DNA of 64,000 nt from Podarcis bocagei (taxonomy: Eukaryota): NCBI GenBank assembly GCA_964188305.1, contig OZ076893.1, one strand, 5' to 3'. The translations under genes and the position numbers were made by a program. Position 1 is the stretch's first letter, and every line of letters starts with the position of its first letter. The notes beneath the pieces were generated by a model. That model was given only the letters and a program-made list of their open reading frames with translations, was not told the origin of the DNA and did no database searches. Positions 1 to 13,725 of this stretch are shown here, one piece after another.

Positions 1-2127
1 ATTGGAAACTACACCTCTCTCCTAAATCGCAAGGACAAATAGACTTCTTCCAGACGGTTGGTTTGGAGAGTTTCAAGACAAGGCTGTCCTCTCTACATTG
101 GTATTTGATTTATGTTTTGAACCACTGGCATGCACAGTGTGACAGAATAGGTGAATTAGTGGTTTTGTTCACGAGCAAGTAGAATTTAAACAAGCCTTGT
201 ATGTGGATGATTTACTATTAGTGCTTAGTAGACCCAAGGCATATGTACCAGAGTTAATAAAAAAATAATATTTTTTAGATTCTTTGTATACAAAGTGATG
301 GTTTTGTTGGTGCCCAGAGGTCTTAACAATATTAGGTGCTTTGATTCCAAGAGATATTTCTCAAAGGATTAAACTGAACCTGAACAGGTTGATAAAGGAG
401 GTTTCTAGCGATTTAGAACAATGCACATTACTTAAACTTAGCATTTGGGGTAAGGTTAACATACTACAGATTAATATTGCCACAGATAATATTAGTGGTA
501 TTTTGTTATCTATTCCCCAAATATATTTCCCCCCCCCAAAAAAAAATGGTTATTTGAGAAGTTAATTTGGGACAATACTTTAAGATAATGCAACCACCAG
601 TATCTGAAGGTGGTTTTAATTTTCCAGATACTAGTATGCATCTTAAGGTTCGTCAGTGTGTACAAATGACTGACAAGTTTCTCCTCCTATCAGTGCCCCA
701 GCTTGAGTGATTCTAGAGATGGTTTATTTCACGCTTGTTCTTGGATGGCTAATAATAGTGTCTAAATATGGTAAAAGGACCTGTAGCACCTTTGAGAGAG
801 AGGGAGGGAGATGGCGTATGTTGGCCTGTCAGCTACAATATGATCCACACACTCACGCTAAATTAACTTTATGTGGTAATCTAGTTCTGAAGATAGGCAG
901 GCAGTCTTTTTTTTGTTTTTGCGAAAGGAATGGGTGGCATGTGGAATACACATATTAGACCAGCTGATAGACTCAGATACAGGGTGTTTATCATTTCTTG
1001 TTTTACAGCTTAAGTGTCAATTATCAATGAGTGCAAGAGTGGCAATATTTTCAATTACAACATCTGCTGGTATCTATTTATGGCCCATCTGCTTTGAGTA
1101 CTTTGGCATTTCCTAAACAGTTAGAGGGAATTATTGACTACTTACAGAAAACCAAACCTATAACCACTGTTTATGAACTCTTAATGGATTTTGGTATAAG
1201 GTAGACGTTCCAGAACTTAGAGAAGCGTGGAAAAGGGAATTGGAAGATAAGCAATGGGAAATTGCTTTAGAATCCATACAGAATGGTTTCCTGGGACCTG
1301 AAATTGAGATTGATACAGCGCAAATTGATATTTCTAGTACATTGGACTTTACGGCGTTTGTATAGGAACGCTTTGTCTAATGCAGATAGATGTTGGAAGG
1401 TGTAATGCTGAGAAATGCGCCTTTGAGTTATAAGATGCGGGTTTGTCCAGTGATATATTTCTTTTGGACTGAAGTGGTTATTTACATCAATTTTGTACTG
1501 AAAAACTTCTTGATATTTGCAGGAGCTCATGTGCTTTTAAACTATATCCCTGTGGGATGGGAACCATCAGAAAGACAACAAAAGTGGGGTTTGTGAGCCC
1601 TTATGGTGGATAAGAGACTTCAATTTTGAGCCTGGAAAAATAAATACCCACTGTCTATTACACAACAGTCTGAGCACCTGACAGCCCTGGCAACATATTT
1701 CATATAAGCATCCATCTCATGTGGAATCTAGGGGGCTTACGTTTACTTTTAAGATTTGTGTACCGATTGCTGCTGTATCCACAATGTGAGCTGGCGGTGG
1801 TCTACAGTTATTAGTATTATTCGGATACAGTGGTACCTCGAGTTAAGAACTTAATTCGTTCTGTAGGTCCGTTCTTAACCTGAAACTGTTCTTAACCTGA
1901 GGTACCACTTTAGCTAATGGGGCCTCCTGCTGCTGCTGCACAGCCACTTCGTGATTTCTGTTCTCATCCTGAAGCAAAGTTCTTAACCCGAGGTACTATT
2001 TCTGGGTTAGCGGAGTCTGTAACCTGAGGCGACTGTAACCCGAGGTACCACTGTATTATTATTTGAGTGTTTTTGTTTTATTTTTTCCTTACCTTGTTGG
2101 ATTTGCAAATAAAAAACTAAAAAAAAA
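1..2127 (+). mobile_element. Degraded L1-clade LINE, 3' part of ORF2 plus tail
   Basis: Broken frames with LSIWGKVNIL and RVSWDLKLRLIQRK...RCWK-like motifs; AATAAA and A-tract at about 2108-2127. Confidence 0.55.
1828..2053. mobile_element. Tc1/pogo(Tigger)-type MITE, family M1
   Basis: TIR CAGTGGTACCTCGGGTTA, TA TSD. Confidence 0.85.
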
Positions 2128-2800
2128 CCACCTGTTGGGAAAACTGGGGGGTTACTTTCTTTACTGTTTCCCCCCCCCCCCTCCTATATGTGCCCTGGAG
2201 TCTGTTGTGGACTTTTGTATTATAGCTATTAGACCTAGCATTCACTGCACACATTCTGACTTTGGACTGTGCATCTCTGTGCCTAGCCAAGAAGACTGTC
2301 ATCCTCCATGTTTCTCGGGGCTGTTTAAGCCTGGAGATATCCTACAGGACCTGGATGTGACCCAGTTCCAGAAATGAGGTTCAGTGCACTTCTGATCTCC
2401 CGGGAAGCGGGTGGTGGTGGTGATTTTCACGAAGGCTGAACTGGAAGGAGAGAAACTCTCGCCCTGTCATATCGGCCGCACTTCAAACTCCGCCAGTTCA
2501 GACCGTGGCCTAATTTGGTGATTTCATTCTGCCTCACTAACTGTCGCTGCCGTAGCAAGAGGGGACACTTTTTCCTGGAACATTTCCTTCATGCATGACT
2601 TTCAAAGGTTTCATTGTTTCATGGGTTCAGCGCAAGGGTGGGGAGACACGTGCCCCCTCCCCAATGTTTCTGGACTGTAATTCCTGTCATCGCTGGCTGT
2701 TGTCTATACTGGCTGAGGCTTATGGGAGTTGGAGTCCCAATTGCATCTTCATGGCCTCAGATCCCACATCTCTGGTTTTGTGGAAGAACCACGCCTAATA

Positions 2801-2980
2801 CAGTGGTACCTCAGGTTAAGAACTTAATTCGTTCTGGAGGCTAATGGGGCCTCCCGCTGCTGTCATGCCGCTGTCGCACGATTTCTGTTCTCATCCTGAA
2901 GCAAAGTTCTTAACCCGAGGTACTATTTCTGGGTTAGCGGAGTCTGTAACCTGAAGCGTCTGTAACCCGAGGTACCACTG
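2801..2980. mobile_element. MITE M1 (internal deletion)
   Basis: Same TIRs, TA TSD. Confidence 0.85.
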
Positions 2981-3934
2981 TAAGCAGATCTGTAGCAATA
3001 TAGTGTTCTACTCCTGGTTTCTCATATTTCTCCAGGTCGCTCAGATACCTGCATTGGAAGACTATGGAATTAATAGTATTGCGTTTCCATTCCTTTTTAG
3101 ATGGCAATGTGTATTACTTAAGTTAACTTCAAAATGGTAGCCATGGGTGTTCAATGCAGTAGGGGATAAGTCTCTTGCCCAGAATGAACCATAACCTCCA
3201 GATTCCCAGTTTTCATTTTAAAAATAAGACCTAAGTTTCTAGCTTTTGTAGAACCTGAAATATGACGCAAAAGGCACAGGCAAAATTCTGTGTGTGAGAG
3301 AGAAACTAGCTTGTATGCTGCAGCCACCCATTGCTGTGTTTTAATTTGCCCCCTGCTGGAAAAATCTCTGCAGAGGCCCATGATCTTGCTGGTTTTTGGG
3401 GGTGCTCTTACTCATCCTTCTAAGCAAGGCCTTGATATTGTTCCCTTGCCAAGTCTTGCCTTGATAGTGCCCTTACCAGAATGTATCACGGCAGTGTGTG
3501 CATTTGTAAATCTCTTTTATTAGTTATTGTTTCTAGTTCAGCTGAGATACATGTAGTGAAATTAATTTTGAATCTGATACAAATGCCCAAGTGAAAACAT
3601 GTTGTGAAAGTGGAAAGAAATTGATTTTTTATATATATTGTAGCTGCAAAAGGAAGCTTGTAAACTGAACTAAATTACAGTTTCAATCTTGTACACTCTT
3701 ATTTTGGGAGCACGTGCTGCTGATCCCAGTGGCACTTATTTCTCAGTAAACATGCAGAGGATTGGGTAGCATAGTTTATACACTAGAAGGGTATTCAGGC
3801 TTTTTGTAATTTCTTGCATTAAAATAGTTTTGAAGGTCTTTAAAAGTCTGCTGCCCAGGGGCATCTTTTAAATTAGTCAATTGTTTATTTATCTCCTGCC
3901 TTCCAAGAGCCTAAGTTGGCATACATGGTCCTAA

Positions 3935-4649
3935 AGGTAAAGGTAAAGGGACCCCTGACCGTTAGGTCCGGTTATGGCCGACTCTGGGGTTTCGGCACTC
4001 ATCTCGATTTATTGGCCGAGGGAGCCGGCGTACAGCTTCCAGGTCATGTGGCCAGCATGACTGAAATATACTCAGAGTCGCAAAGTGATTTCATGCTCTT
4101 TATTCAGCTCATAGTGGTGAGGAGGAATGAATGAATGTCCCCTCAAAGTATCTGCTTTATATACATTATTTACACAATGGGCTGCACATGATTGGTTAAT
4201 TCTGGAATTCTACTGTAAGCCAATCAGGTTGTGGATTCACTTATATCTGGAGCATGATTGGGTGGTTCCTGCCAACCAATCATACTGCTGCATTGTTCTT
4301 GGACCAATCAGACTGCTGCATTCTGAATCCTATTGTTCTAGGACCAATCAGACTGCTGCAATTTGGATCCTATTGTTCTAGGACCAATCAGACTGCTGCA
4401 GTTTGGATCCTATTCAACTCAGTACATAACAATGACTAAGCCACTTCTGGTGAACCAGAGCAGCAAACCTTCCCGCTGGAGCGGTACCTATTTATCTACT
4501 TGCACTTTGATGTGCTTTCGAACTGCTAGGTTGTCAGGAGCAGGGTCCGAGCAATGGGAGCTCACCCCGTTGCGGGGATTCGAACCACCAACCTTCTGAT
4601 CAGCAAGTCCTAGGCTCTGTGGTTTAACCCACAGCACCACCTGCGTCCC
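3935..4649 (-). mobile_element. Sauria SINE, interrupted by a solo LTR
   Basis: tRNA-like head with B box, (ACCTTT)n tail, TSD TACATGGTCCTAA. Confidence 0.85.
4062..4431 (-). mobile_element. Solo LTR nested inside a Sauria SINE
   Basis: TG...CA ends, 5-bp TSD ATGAC, minus-strand TATATAAA and AATAAA, about three 40-bp CCAAT-containing tandem repeats (4292-4414). Confidence 0.8.
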
Positions 4650-5712
4650 TACATGGTCCTAACCTCCAGTAAAATTACAGTATAGCAATCTTTTATAGCA
4701 CCAAGAATTTCTCGTCCCTGATAAGACCACTTAACAGACTGAACATTTTGTGCAGTGCAGTGCAGTGCAGTGCAAGGGGTTGGATCCCTGAAATCTTGTC
4801 CAGGTCTGTTTGCAAAACCTGCACGTGTGATGATGTTGTTATTGTGCCAAGAGGAAAGGGAATGCAGCTCTCAGACTGAGAAAGGCTCCCTTCTTCTTGC
4901 CATAAAACAAATGAAAACAGTCGGAAGCTTTTGTGATTTGGATGGCTTCCAGGTAAAGTCTAAAGGATGTCTGTTTATGTTGTATGAGACCATGATGGTT
5001 CTGTTACAAAGCAGAGATGGAGAACTTGTGGCCTTCAGGATGTAGTGGGACTGTCGGTTCCCAAAGCCAGCCAGCGTGGCCAGTGGTCAGGCATAATGGG
5101 AGATACAACCCACCAACACCAGGAAGGCTACAAGATCTTCATCCCTTGTCTTAAGGGTAATCAGGCATCAAGCTGTGCTGAATCATAAGAACAGTTTTGC
5201 TGAATTAAATCAAGGTCCATTTGGCCCTAGGTTCTGTTTCCAACAGCAGACTCCAAAACTTTATAGACAACACTCGTCGTCCTCAGAGTAGACTCATTGA
5301 AATTATGAGCATGACTACCTGAGATCCATTAATTTCAGTGGCTTTACTGTGAGTAAAACATAGCTGGATACATCCCGGAAAAGGGTTTTCTGACTCTAAT
5401 GACTCGCTCCCAAAGACCCACCATCACCAGAGTCTTCTCAAGATTAATGGGGCATATTGAGAATCTGCTGACTGGCGAATGACTCGTTGGCACTTCTGCC
5501 TTCATGGCAACTTGTAACAAATAAAGCTTTTGACATTGCTGTGAGAACAGATAATTATAAATCTCCTTTTAGGGGTAGGGATTATTGAGGCTAGTCATGT
5601 TCATTGGTACAATGTAGTCGCATTTCATTGACATCACCATATTAGTTCTACCAGAGTCCAGCCAGGGAGTCTTTGGCACATCTTTTTTTCCACATAACCT
5701 GCAATCGGGGTA

Positions 5713-5921
5713 CAGTGGTACGTCTGGTTACGTATTTGACTCCTTCTAGAGTTCCATTCTTAACCTGAAGCACCACTTTAGCTAATGGGGCCTCCCGCTG
5801 CTGTCGTGCCACTGCTGCACGATTTCGGTTCTCATCCTGAATCAAAGTTCTTAACCCGAGGTACTATTTCTGGGTTAGCAGAGTCTGTAACCTGAAGCGT
5901 ATGTAACCTGAGGTACCACTG
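5713..5921. mobile_element. MITE M1
   Basis: Same TIRs, TA TSD. Confidence 0.85.
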
Positions 5922-7219
5922 TATATGCATTTTTTACTGGCCTTGGTAGCCAGCCAAAATTTGTGCTTCCCATGGCCGCCTGGTCAGGTCCTATACTAAA
6001 TACAGAGGCTCAAGGATTTGGTCAGTAGGCCTGAGACTGCCATTTACGTGAAGGAGGAAATGTTTTGAATATGTAAAAAAAGAGCGCACAGATTTGCACA
6101 TCCTAAACTGTGGCCAGTTCTACAGTTCATTCTCATGGTTCTTTGTCTTCAACCCTTGCAAACTGAAAACAGTAGGAAGAGAGATACAGGTGTCACGCAA
6201 TGGAGACAGACCGAAGGTCCCTGCTAGGATAATTTTATTAGGAAAATTGGAAAAGTATCATCTGGTCCGCAACAATGCCAAGGTGCTGATGAAAGTCTGT
6301 AGATAAAAGTGCAGAAATTGCATCAATCTTTTTTTCTGAAAAGGAAAGGGGGCAAGGTTTCGCTCTCTCTCTCCCTTCTGTTTAAATAACAGCTCTTTGT
6401 TCCTCTCCATTTTATTTTATTTTTTTCAAGCGCTTGCCGCTGCGGTACATACAGATCCAAGAGTCTTTCATCCCCAAATTCCCCACCTTTACCTTCTTCT
6501 TTTTAGCAAGCCCCAATTACAAGCCATTGATTTTCTTCTGGCTAGCCCACTGAGAAAGATTGACCTGCTGTGGCGTGTCTTCAGAGAGCAGCCCTCTTTG
6601 AGCTGCTCTGAGGTCAGCAGCAAAAGCAGGAGGCCAAGTTAAAAGATCGTTCTTCTTCGCGTCATCCTTCACTTCCCTCCTGCTTGGGGGCTGCGCCTTT
6701 TGGAAACGACGATCAGAGGCACTATTATTAGACACCTTCATTTCAACGTTTCTTTTTAACAACCTTGAGGAGCCAAGGGGGCAGCAAGATTCCTTTTGTG
6801 AGAAGCCTTTACGATGCCTCACTTTGGGCCTAGAGGAAAGCGTGTCCTCCTTGTTCACCTTTCTTTGGTTTAAAATCCTCTGTGTCCTCCTGTTCGCCTC
6901 CACCATCCTGTTCTCAGTTTCCTGTGATGGGGCCAAAATCACAGGTGTTTTAGGCGAGTTTTCATGTCTTGCGGTGGTCCTCCAGGTATTGCTATCAAAG
7001 AGCCGCCCATGAATGATGCTGTGTTTGGGTTGGAGGAGTCAGGGAAGGGTTGTTGCTCAGGGCTAAAGCCTCTGCCCTGCATGCAAAAGGTCCCAGATTC
7101 GAATCACCATCTTCAGGTAGGGCTTGGAGAAACCTCAGTCTGAAATCCTGGGGAGCTCTTTCCATTTTTTAAAAAAACTGTGTTAGATGAGCCAATGGTT
7201 TGACTTGGTATAAAGCAGC

Positions 7220-7466
7220 TGTTATGTACTGAAATTCTCACCCTGTGCCAGCAAGGGGATATTGTAGATAGTTATGCAAATAAGGGATCGAAAGTGACGT
7301 TCAGTGATTGGATAGTTTTAGAAAGTTGTTACAGTTACATTGTACTGGAGCTCTATATAAGCAGGCTGTCTGAACCCTTCAGTTCAGTCCTGTCCTGGCC
7401 TGTGAATAAACAAGAGCTGTTTGAAGAATTGCTGTGTCGTCTGATATGTTCACCCACAACTTAACA
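7220..7466 (+). mobile_element. Solo LTR (family A, copy 1)
   Basis: TGTTATGTACTGA...TTAACA, TSD GCAGC, TATATAA, AATAAA. Confidence 0.85.
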
Positions 7467-7480
7467 GCAGCATCTGGGAC

Positions 7481-8082
7481 TGGGTGGATAAAAATCAGTG
7501 ATATATTTTTTTTAATGGATTTTTAGAATAAAATGCTTTTTGGAGGAAAATCTTTCTAAAGATCGTTTTCTATTTAAGTTACATTCTAGTCCAGAGACTA
7601 TTCATCAGTAAATAAAGATTTGTTTTAAGTTCTTCATGCGTGCTAAAATTCAGTCTTAAGGATTTTTGTTTTGTTTTTTTTAAATGTTTAACCACATTAG
7701 ATAACAAACATGGATACATAGGCTATAATGTTATTCTTTTACTTAAATAAATTGTTTAAATTGTTATTAAGGAAAATATTGTTTTTCTCCTTCCAATAAA
7801 GTACAGCAGAAAAGTTGTCCCAGTATAAACAGCTAACTTATTAAACCTCACAACAATTTCATAATTTTTTGTATGTATTTCTAATAGTATAACCAAATCA
7901 GTAATTTCTGATATAACTGCAAAAACTACTCTGAAAATTTATTATTCCAAAAATGAAACCTTCACCTGGTTGTAAATATTAAGATTATACCAGCAAGAAT
8001 GAGTCTTTCTGTAAAAAAAATTAAAATGATTTAAATAAAGTCTTACAGACTAGTGATTTAAATCATTATTTAAATCAAATCT
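7481..8082. repeat. AT-rich about 600-bp dispersed repeat (probably hAT-derived); inverted copy at about 63246-63720
   Basis: Extended reverse-complement similarity between the two loci; GATTTAAATC subterminal repeats. Confidence 0.6.
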
Positions 8083-9429
8083 GGTCTGGGAGTTGATCCT
8101 TTTTGTTCCCCCCTCTATTTCTTATCAATAAAACAATTTGGTGTGGCATGAACAATTTTTTTATTCTGAATCTGTGGCCCAGAGGAAAAAAAGTTGAAGA
8201 ACCACTGAGATAAGGAAAAACCTTGGATCAGAACAGACAGGCGCTCGTTCTGAGGCAAAACCTGAGCATATTCGGTCAGGCTTTCAGGCCTCTTTTTCTT
8301 CATTAGTGCCAACTCTCTGGCGCTTTACTTTTGGATTTTATCATTCCCACCAGGGCTCTTTGGCAGATCATTAATTTCTCATTCTCTTCAAAGAGAGATG
8401 CCCTTTCAGCACACTCTGCAAAAGTGAGTAGTTTTTTTTTTTTTGTTGTTGTTGTTTTACAGGCATATCCCCTGTGGTTTTCCCTTCCAAAACTCTATTT
8501 AGCTGGCCCAATGCAGGCTTATCATTTTTATTTTAAAAAAAAACAGAATTCCAAGTATGCTGCATTGAGGAAGATCTTGAAATGCAGGGAAAAAATCCTT
8601 TTGTTTATATTTTCACACCAGGCTACACCCTTTCACAGTCCACCCTTCGCTGTATTTTCAACATGGGGGAATTAAAAAGGTATCCCGTCTTGTCTGGAAC
8701 AGGGGGCCTGTTGGAGTGAAAATGTCAACAGAACCATTGTTCTTGAGTTGCGTTGCAGACTCTCTCGGCCGTTGGTTTTTTGAGAGCTAGCGGTTTATCC
8801 TGTTGGATTTCAAACTGTTTGTTTATTTGCTCATGATTTATATCCCACTTTTCCTCCTAGGAAGGCAAGGTGGAGTACACAGTTTTCCACCTCCCCATTT
8901 CATTCTCACAACAGCCCTGTGAGGTAGGGCAGGCTGAGAGTGGTTATTTGAACCCTGATCTCCCAGGTCCTACTGCAACACTAACCACTCTTCCACGCTG
9001 CCTCTCTCATGCTGTTTGGGCCCAGGACATTGAGTGGTTTAGTGGCACAATTCAGCTCACCTAAGGGATTCCATGTTAGGTGCAATTTTATGGTGCGAGG
9101 TAAAGAAAACAGCAGCTGCCACAAGTCTTGTATTGTTAATGTTTCAAAATGTGAAAGCCAGCCTGTCCTATAAAGCATCTTTTACCAAAGTGATTAATGA
9201 TTCAAAATCGCTAACATGAGGCCAAGATGTAACTTTAAATATGTACAACTAGCAACAGGAGAGGACTTTCCAATTATGTTTTATGTGACCTCCATCCCAC
9301 CCTTACCCCTACTCCAATAGTGCCGGTCAGAAATAAGGTTGTTTTTTTTTTAAGGGATTTAGAACATTACATTGTACCATGCAGAGGCTTTGAACTCAAT
9401 GATGTGATTTTTATTTTTATTTTTAGCAC

Positions 9430-10030
9430 AATTTTTACACCTGCTTGGGTGGAGATGGTATTTTTGTACAGCTTTGAAATTTAAGTTTGTTCATGATTCT
9501 TTCGTTTTGTTTCCTCTTAAGTTGCTAGGCTAGCAGTTTGCCGGGCTTGTTTGCAAACTCGAAGCTCCTGTGTTTTAACCACTTGATTTTTCCATTCAAT
9601 CTCTTGATTTATAATCATCGATAATTGTGTCTGTAACATTTTTATGTTCTGTTTAATTAGTTCGCTGTCCAGATTATTAAATAATTCTTTTTCATTTCTT
9701 CCCATTTCTTCCCATATCTCCTTCTTTTTCTTCTCTCTGATTTTCTTTGGGTATGCATTCTGTTGTATAAAGAACCCTCTTATAACAGCTTTACTCGCAT
9801 CCCACACGGTTTTAATGTCAGTCCCTTGGTTCAGGTTAAGTTCAAAGAATCCTTTTAGTGTTGACTTTGCTTTTTGCAGGACAGTTTCATCGTTTAACAG
9901 ACTTTCCTTTAGTCTCCACCTTCTTGCTTTTCTTCTCATCTCCTTTCAGCCATACCCATACTGGGTTATGGTCTGAGATTGTTCTTGATTGGATTTTGAT
10001 CTTATTTACATGAATTAGACGTTCTTTTGA
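9430..10030 (-). mobile_element. L1-clade LINE ORF2 fragment (end of endonuclease plus linker)
   Basis: ISDHNPV, then WRLKESLL...VWDASKAVIRG. Confidence 0.75.
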
Positions 10031-10494
10031 GGCCCAAATGGTGGATTTGAAATTTAAGTTATGGGCCACTGCTGCTGTCTACTTGCTGTAAAGTGCTTCA
10101 TGATCATAGAGTTGGGTCACCTAGTCCCAACGCCCCTGCAATGCAGGGATCTCAACAGAATATTAAAATACAATAGTCTATTAAACATTAAAAGCTTCCC
10201 TAAACAGGTAGCATTGCATTTGGACTGTTTTCACACACGAATGTCCCATGCTGTAGAATTCTGTTAGCTATATTTTATCTGCACAATCGGAATGAATTTC
10301 TGGAACCAAAATGCTTTTTTCTGTGCAGCCTGAGCAGGAGCAGTCGCCATTAAGGAAAAAGTGGTTGGAATAGGCCAATATCTATGAGGACTGTCCCTGG
10401 ACCAAGTGACTTTCCTTCTTTAAGTTCTCAAAGTCATTAACTGAGCGCAAGGTTGTCATCTGAACTGGCCAGATGTTTAACTGAGAATGAGTTA

Positions 10495-11137
10495 ACAGTG
10501 TGACGCGGCAGCTAAAAAAGCCAATGCAATTCTGGGCTGCATCAATAGGAGTATAGCATCTAGATCAAGGGAAGTAATAGAAGTAATAGTGCCACTGTAT
10601 TCTGCTCTGGTCAGACCTCACCTGGAGTACTGTGTCCAGTTCTGGGCACCACAATTCAAGAAGGACACTGACAAACTGGAACGTGTCCAGAGGAGGGCAA
10701 CCAAAATGGTCAAAGGCCTGGAAACGATGCCTTATGAGGAACGGCTAAGGGAGCTGGGCATGTTTAGCCTGGAGAAGAGGAGGTTAAGGGGTGATATGAT
10801 AGCCATGTTCAAATATATAAAAGGATGTCACATAGAGGAGGGAGAAAGGTTGTTTTCTGCTGCTCCAGAGAAGCAGACATGGAGCAATGGATCCAAACTA
10901 CAAGAAAGAAGATTCCACCTAAACATTAGGAAGAACTTCCTGACAGTAAGAGCTGTTTGACAGTGGAATTTGCTGCCAAGGAGTGTGGTGGAGTCTCCTA
11001 CTTTGGAGGTCTTTAAGCAGAGGCTTGACAACCATATGTCAGGAGTGCTCTGATGGTGTTTCCTGCTTGGCAGGGGGTTGGACTCGATGGCTCTTGTGGT
11101 CTCTTCCAACTCTATGATTCTATGATTCTATGATTCA
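10495..11137 (+). mobile_element. CR1 LINE, 5'-truncated, young
   Basis: [24 protein letters not shown]...LEKRRLRGD; (ATTCTATG)n tail. Confidence 0.92.
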
Positions 11138-12223
11138 ATCACAGTCAGTCCATCATTTGAAAAATAAGGCACTAGAGCCATCTTGCCCCCAAATGGCAGC
11201 TAGACATTTTGTTTTGGCAACTGTAACCTTGGTTTAAGGAGCCATTTGGCACCTAGCTCATATACCTGAGATCCTAACATTGTAGTCAGGCCTTCAGAAT
11301 TTCAGTTGAATTTGCCTGTTCATTCAGGCCCCTTTTCATTCAGGCCTTGCTGAGTCTTACTTTTGCCACGGCCCCAGCCACCACTGGTATATGGCCCTCA
11401 AAATGTGGCCCAGAAGCGAATGTGGCCCTTAGTGCTGAAAAACAATCCCTACCTCTGAGATTAGGGTCTGAGATTAGGCCCCTTTGTCTAAGGACTCAAG
11501 CTGTTCCAACGGGTATGATTTAAGAAAGCGTTCTGAAATCTAACACTTGCTTTTTCATTCTGCTGGATGCCAGGGAGAAAAATGTGCTCACATGAAAGCT
11601 TTCTGGCATTTCAGACATATACTGGGACATACAACAAGGAACAAAGATGTTCAGATGTACATCTGAAATAATGTGGGTGTAGCACAAGGAGAAATGAGAT
11701 TCTTACTGCTTTGTAAACAGCTGACAAATGTTGAAGTGTTATTACAGACTCTCTTAAAGATGATACATTAAGTGAATGAAATTTTTAGCTTTTTTTAAAA
11801 TGCTCTTAGTCTTACAGCTATTTTGTCTCTTTCCATTAAGTGCTCTAAACAGCATTAGATCTCAATGCAAAGGTTCAGGGAATTGGGCACCAAAATAATT
11901 TATTGCTCTTTAATGACAAGAGCTTTAAAAAAAGGCAAGTAGAATCAATGAACTCTCTTCTTTCTTCGTGAGCTTAGCGTACAAGTTTAATGTTGTGTTT
12001 GTGTGTGTTTGTAATGTATTGTACAACTGTGTCACTAAGTTTGTAGTGAACTCAGGAAATAGTGTACCAGTTTTTCTTACGACTAATCTACAGTGACAAG
12101 GAGCTGGAAATTTGATAATCAACATCTGGTTAGAATTTCTGTCATATTTCATTACAAAAATGTGAGTGGTATATCTACTCCTCTCTGTTTGCACCACAAC
12201 CCAAAGTATGTGCAACTTTAAGG

Positions 12224-12472
12224 CATGGGTAGGCAAACTAAGGCCCGGGGGCCGGATCCAGCCCAATCGCCTTCTAAATCCGGCCCACAGACAGTCCGGG
12301 AATCAGCAGGTTTTTACATGAGTAGAATGTGTGCTTTTATTTAAAAATGCATCTCTGGGTTATTTGTGGGGCCTAGGAACTCGTTCACCCCCCCAAAAAA
12401 AATAGTCCGGCCCCCCACATGGTCTGAGGGACAGTGGACCGGCCCCCTTCTGAAAAGGTTTGCTGACCCCTG
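12224..12472. mobile_element. hAT (Charlie-group) MITE
   Basis: Exact 8-bp TSD CTTTAAGG; TIR-like ends CATGGGTAGGCAAAC / GTTTGCTGACCCCTG. Confidence 0.85.
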
Positions 12473-12559
12473 CTTTAAGGAGTCAACATCGGCTGCATAC
12501 ACACCATAAATTTCAAGCACGTTTCCCCTCCTCCCCAGAAATAATATTCCTGGGAACTA

Positions 12560-12760
12560 CAGTGGTACCTCGGGTTACAGACGCTTCAGGTTACAGACGC
12601 CGCTAACCCAGAAATAGTACCTTGGGTTAAGAACTTTGCTTCAGGATGAGAACAGAAATTGTTCAGTGGCGGCAGTGGGAGGCCTCATTAGCTAAAGTGG
12701 TGTTCCAGGTTAAGAACGGACCTCTGGAACGAATTAAGTACTTAACGCGAGGTACCACTG
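12560..12760. mobile_element. MITE M1
   Basis: Same TIRs, TA TSD, opposite orientation. Confidence 0.85.
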
Positions 12761-13663
12761 TATAGTTTATTAAGGGTGCTGGGAAATGGAGCTTTGTAAA
12801 GGGTAAACTACGGTTCCCGTGATTATTTGGAGGGGAGAATGCTTTAGATGAATAGTGTGCACATGGCCATTGCCTTACATAGGGGATGGATTTGAATGGG
12901 GCAGTCACTCTTGAGTAGCTGAAGAGCTGTGAGCAACAACCTGAGGACTGGCTCATCCTAAAGCAGGGGTGATCCTCTAAATGCTGTTGGACGCCAGGTT
13001 CCATCAGCCCCAGCCAGCATGGCCAGTTGTCAGGAACGATGGGAGTTATAGTCCAGCAATGTCTACGGAGTCCCTACCCCTTTATGTGTAACGCTGTAAA
13101 GGAAGTTAAGTGGTGAAATAGTGGAAGCAGAGTGGGAAATGGCAACGGAGGAAACGCAGAGTGCTGTGGCTTTTCTTGCCATTTCAAAATGCCCAAGGAT
13201 TGAGGGAGATTTCGTTCTGTGAAATTTGCACATACATCAGACGAGCCCTACTGGACCGGACCAAAGACCTGTCTAATCCGACGTCCTGTTTCCCATAGTG
13301 GGTAGCCAGATATCCAGCCCTATCCCACTTGTCGTCTCCTGCCAAGTGGAATTCAGATACGGCAGGTAATATAGGCATCGTGAGTCGTCGTGATTGCTTG
13401 ATGGCTCTTCACTTGGTGACTCACGAGGCACCTTGGATTCCTTTCTGAAGTACGGCTGGATATGATTTTCAAAGACTGGTGACTCATCAGCTGATGACTC
13501 GGCACTGAATGTCTGAACCAGCTCCTTTGGGAAGCACTGTCTTTGATGTGAGAGGTTTGGCGAGAGTTCTGTTGAACATTTAATCCAGGGGTAGGCATCC
13601 TAAGGCCAGGGAGCTGGATGCGGCCCAATCGCCTTCTCATTCCAGCCCATAAACACAGTGCAA

Positions 13664-13706
<43 letters not shown>

Positions 13707-13725
13707 TATTATTATTATTATTATA
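13664..13725. repeat. (TAT)n microsatellite
   Basis: Direct reading. Confidence 0.95.

Noticed and set aside
3036-3120. Possible upstream non-coding ZHX2 exon (acceptor tttctccag|GT)
   Set aside because: No clear matching donor, and non-coding exons cannot be validated from sequence alone
4292-4414. 40-bp repeats that superficially resemble a CRISPR array
   Set aside because: Head-to-tail tandem units with no unique spacers, inside a solo LTR in a vertebrate genome
6517-6942. 141-aa basic minus-strand ORF in unique sequence
   Set aside because: No ATG at the annotated start, no motifs and no convincing splice partners; cannot be supported without RNA data
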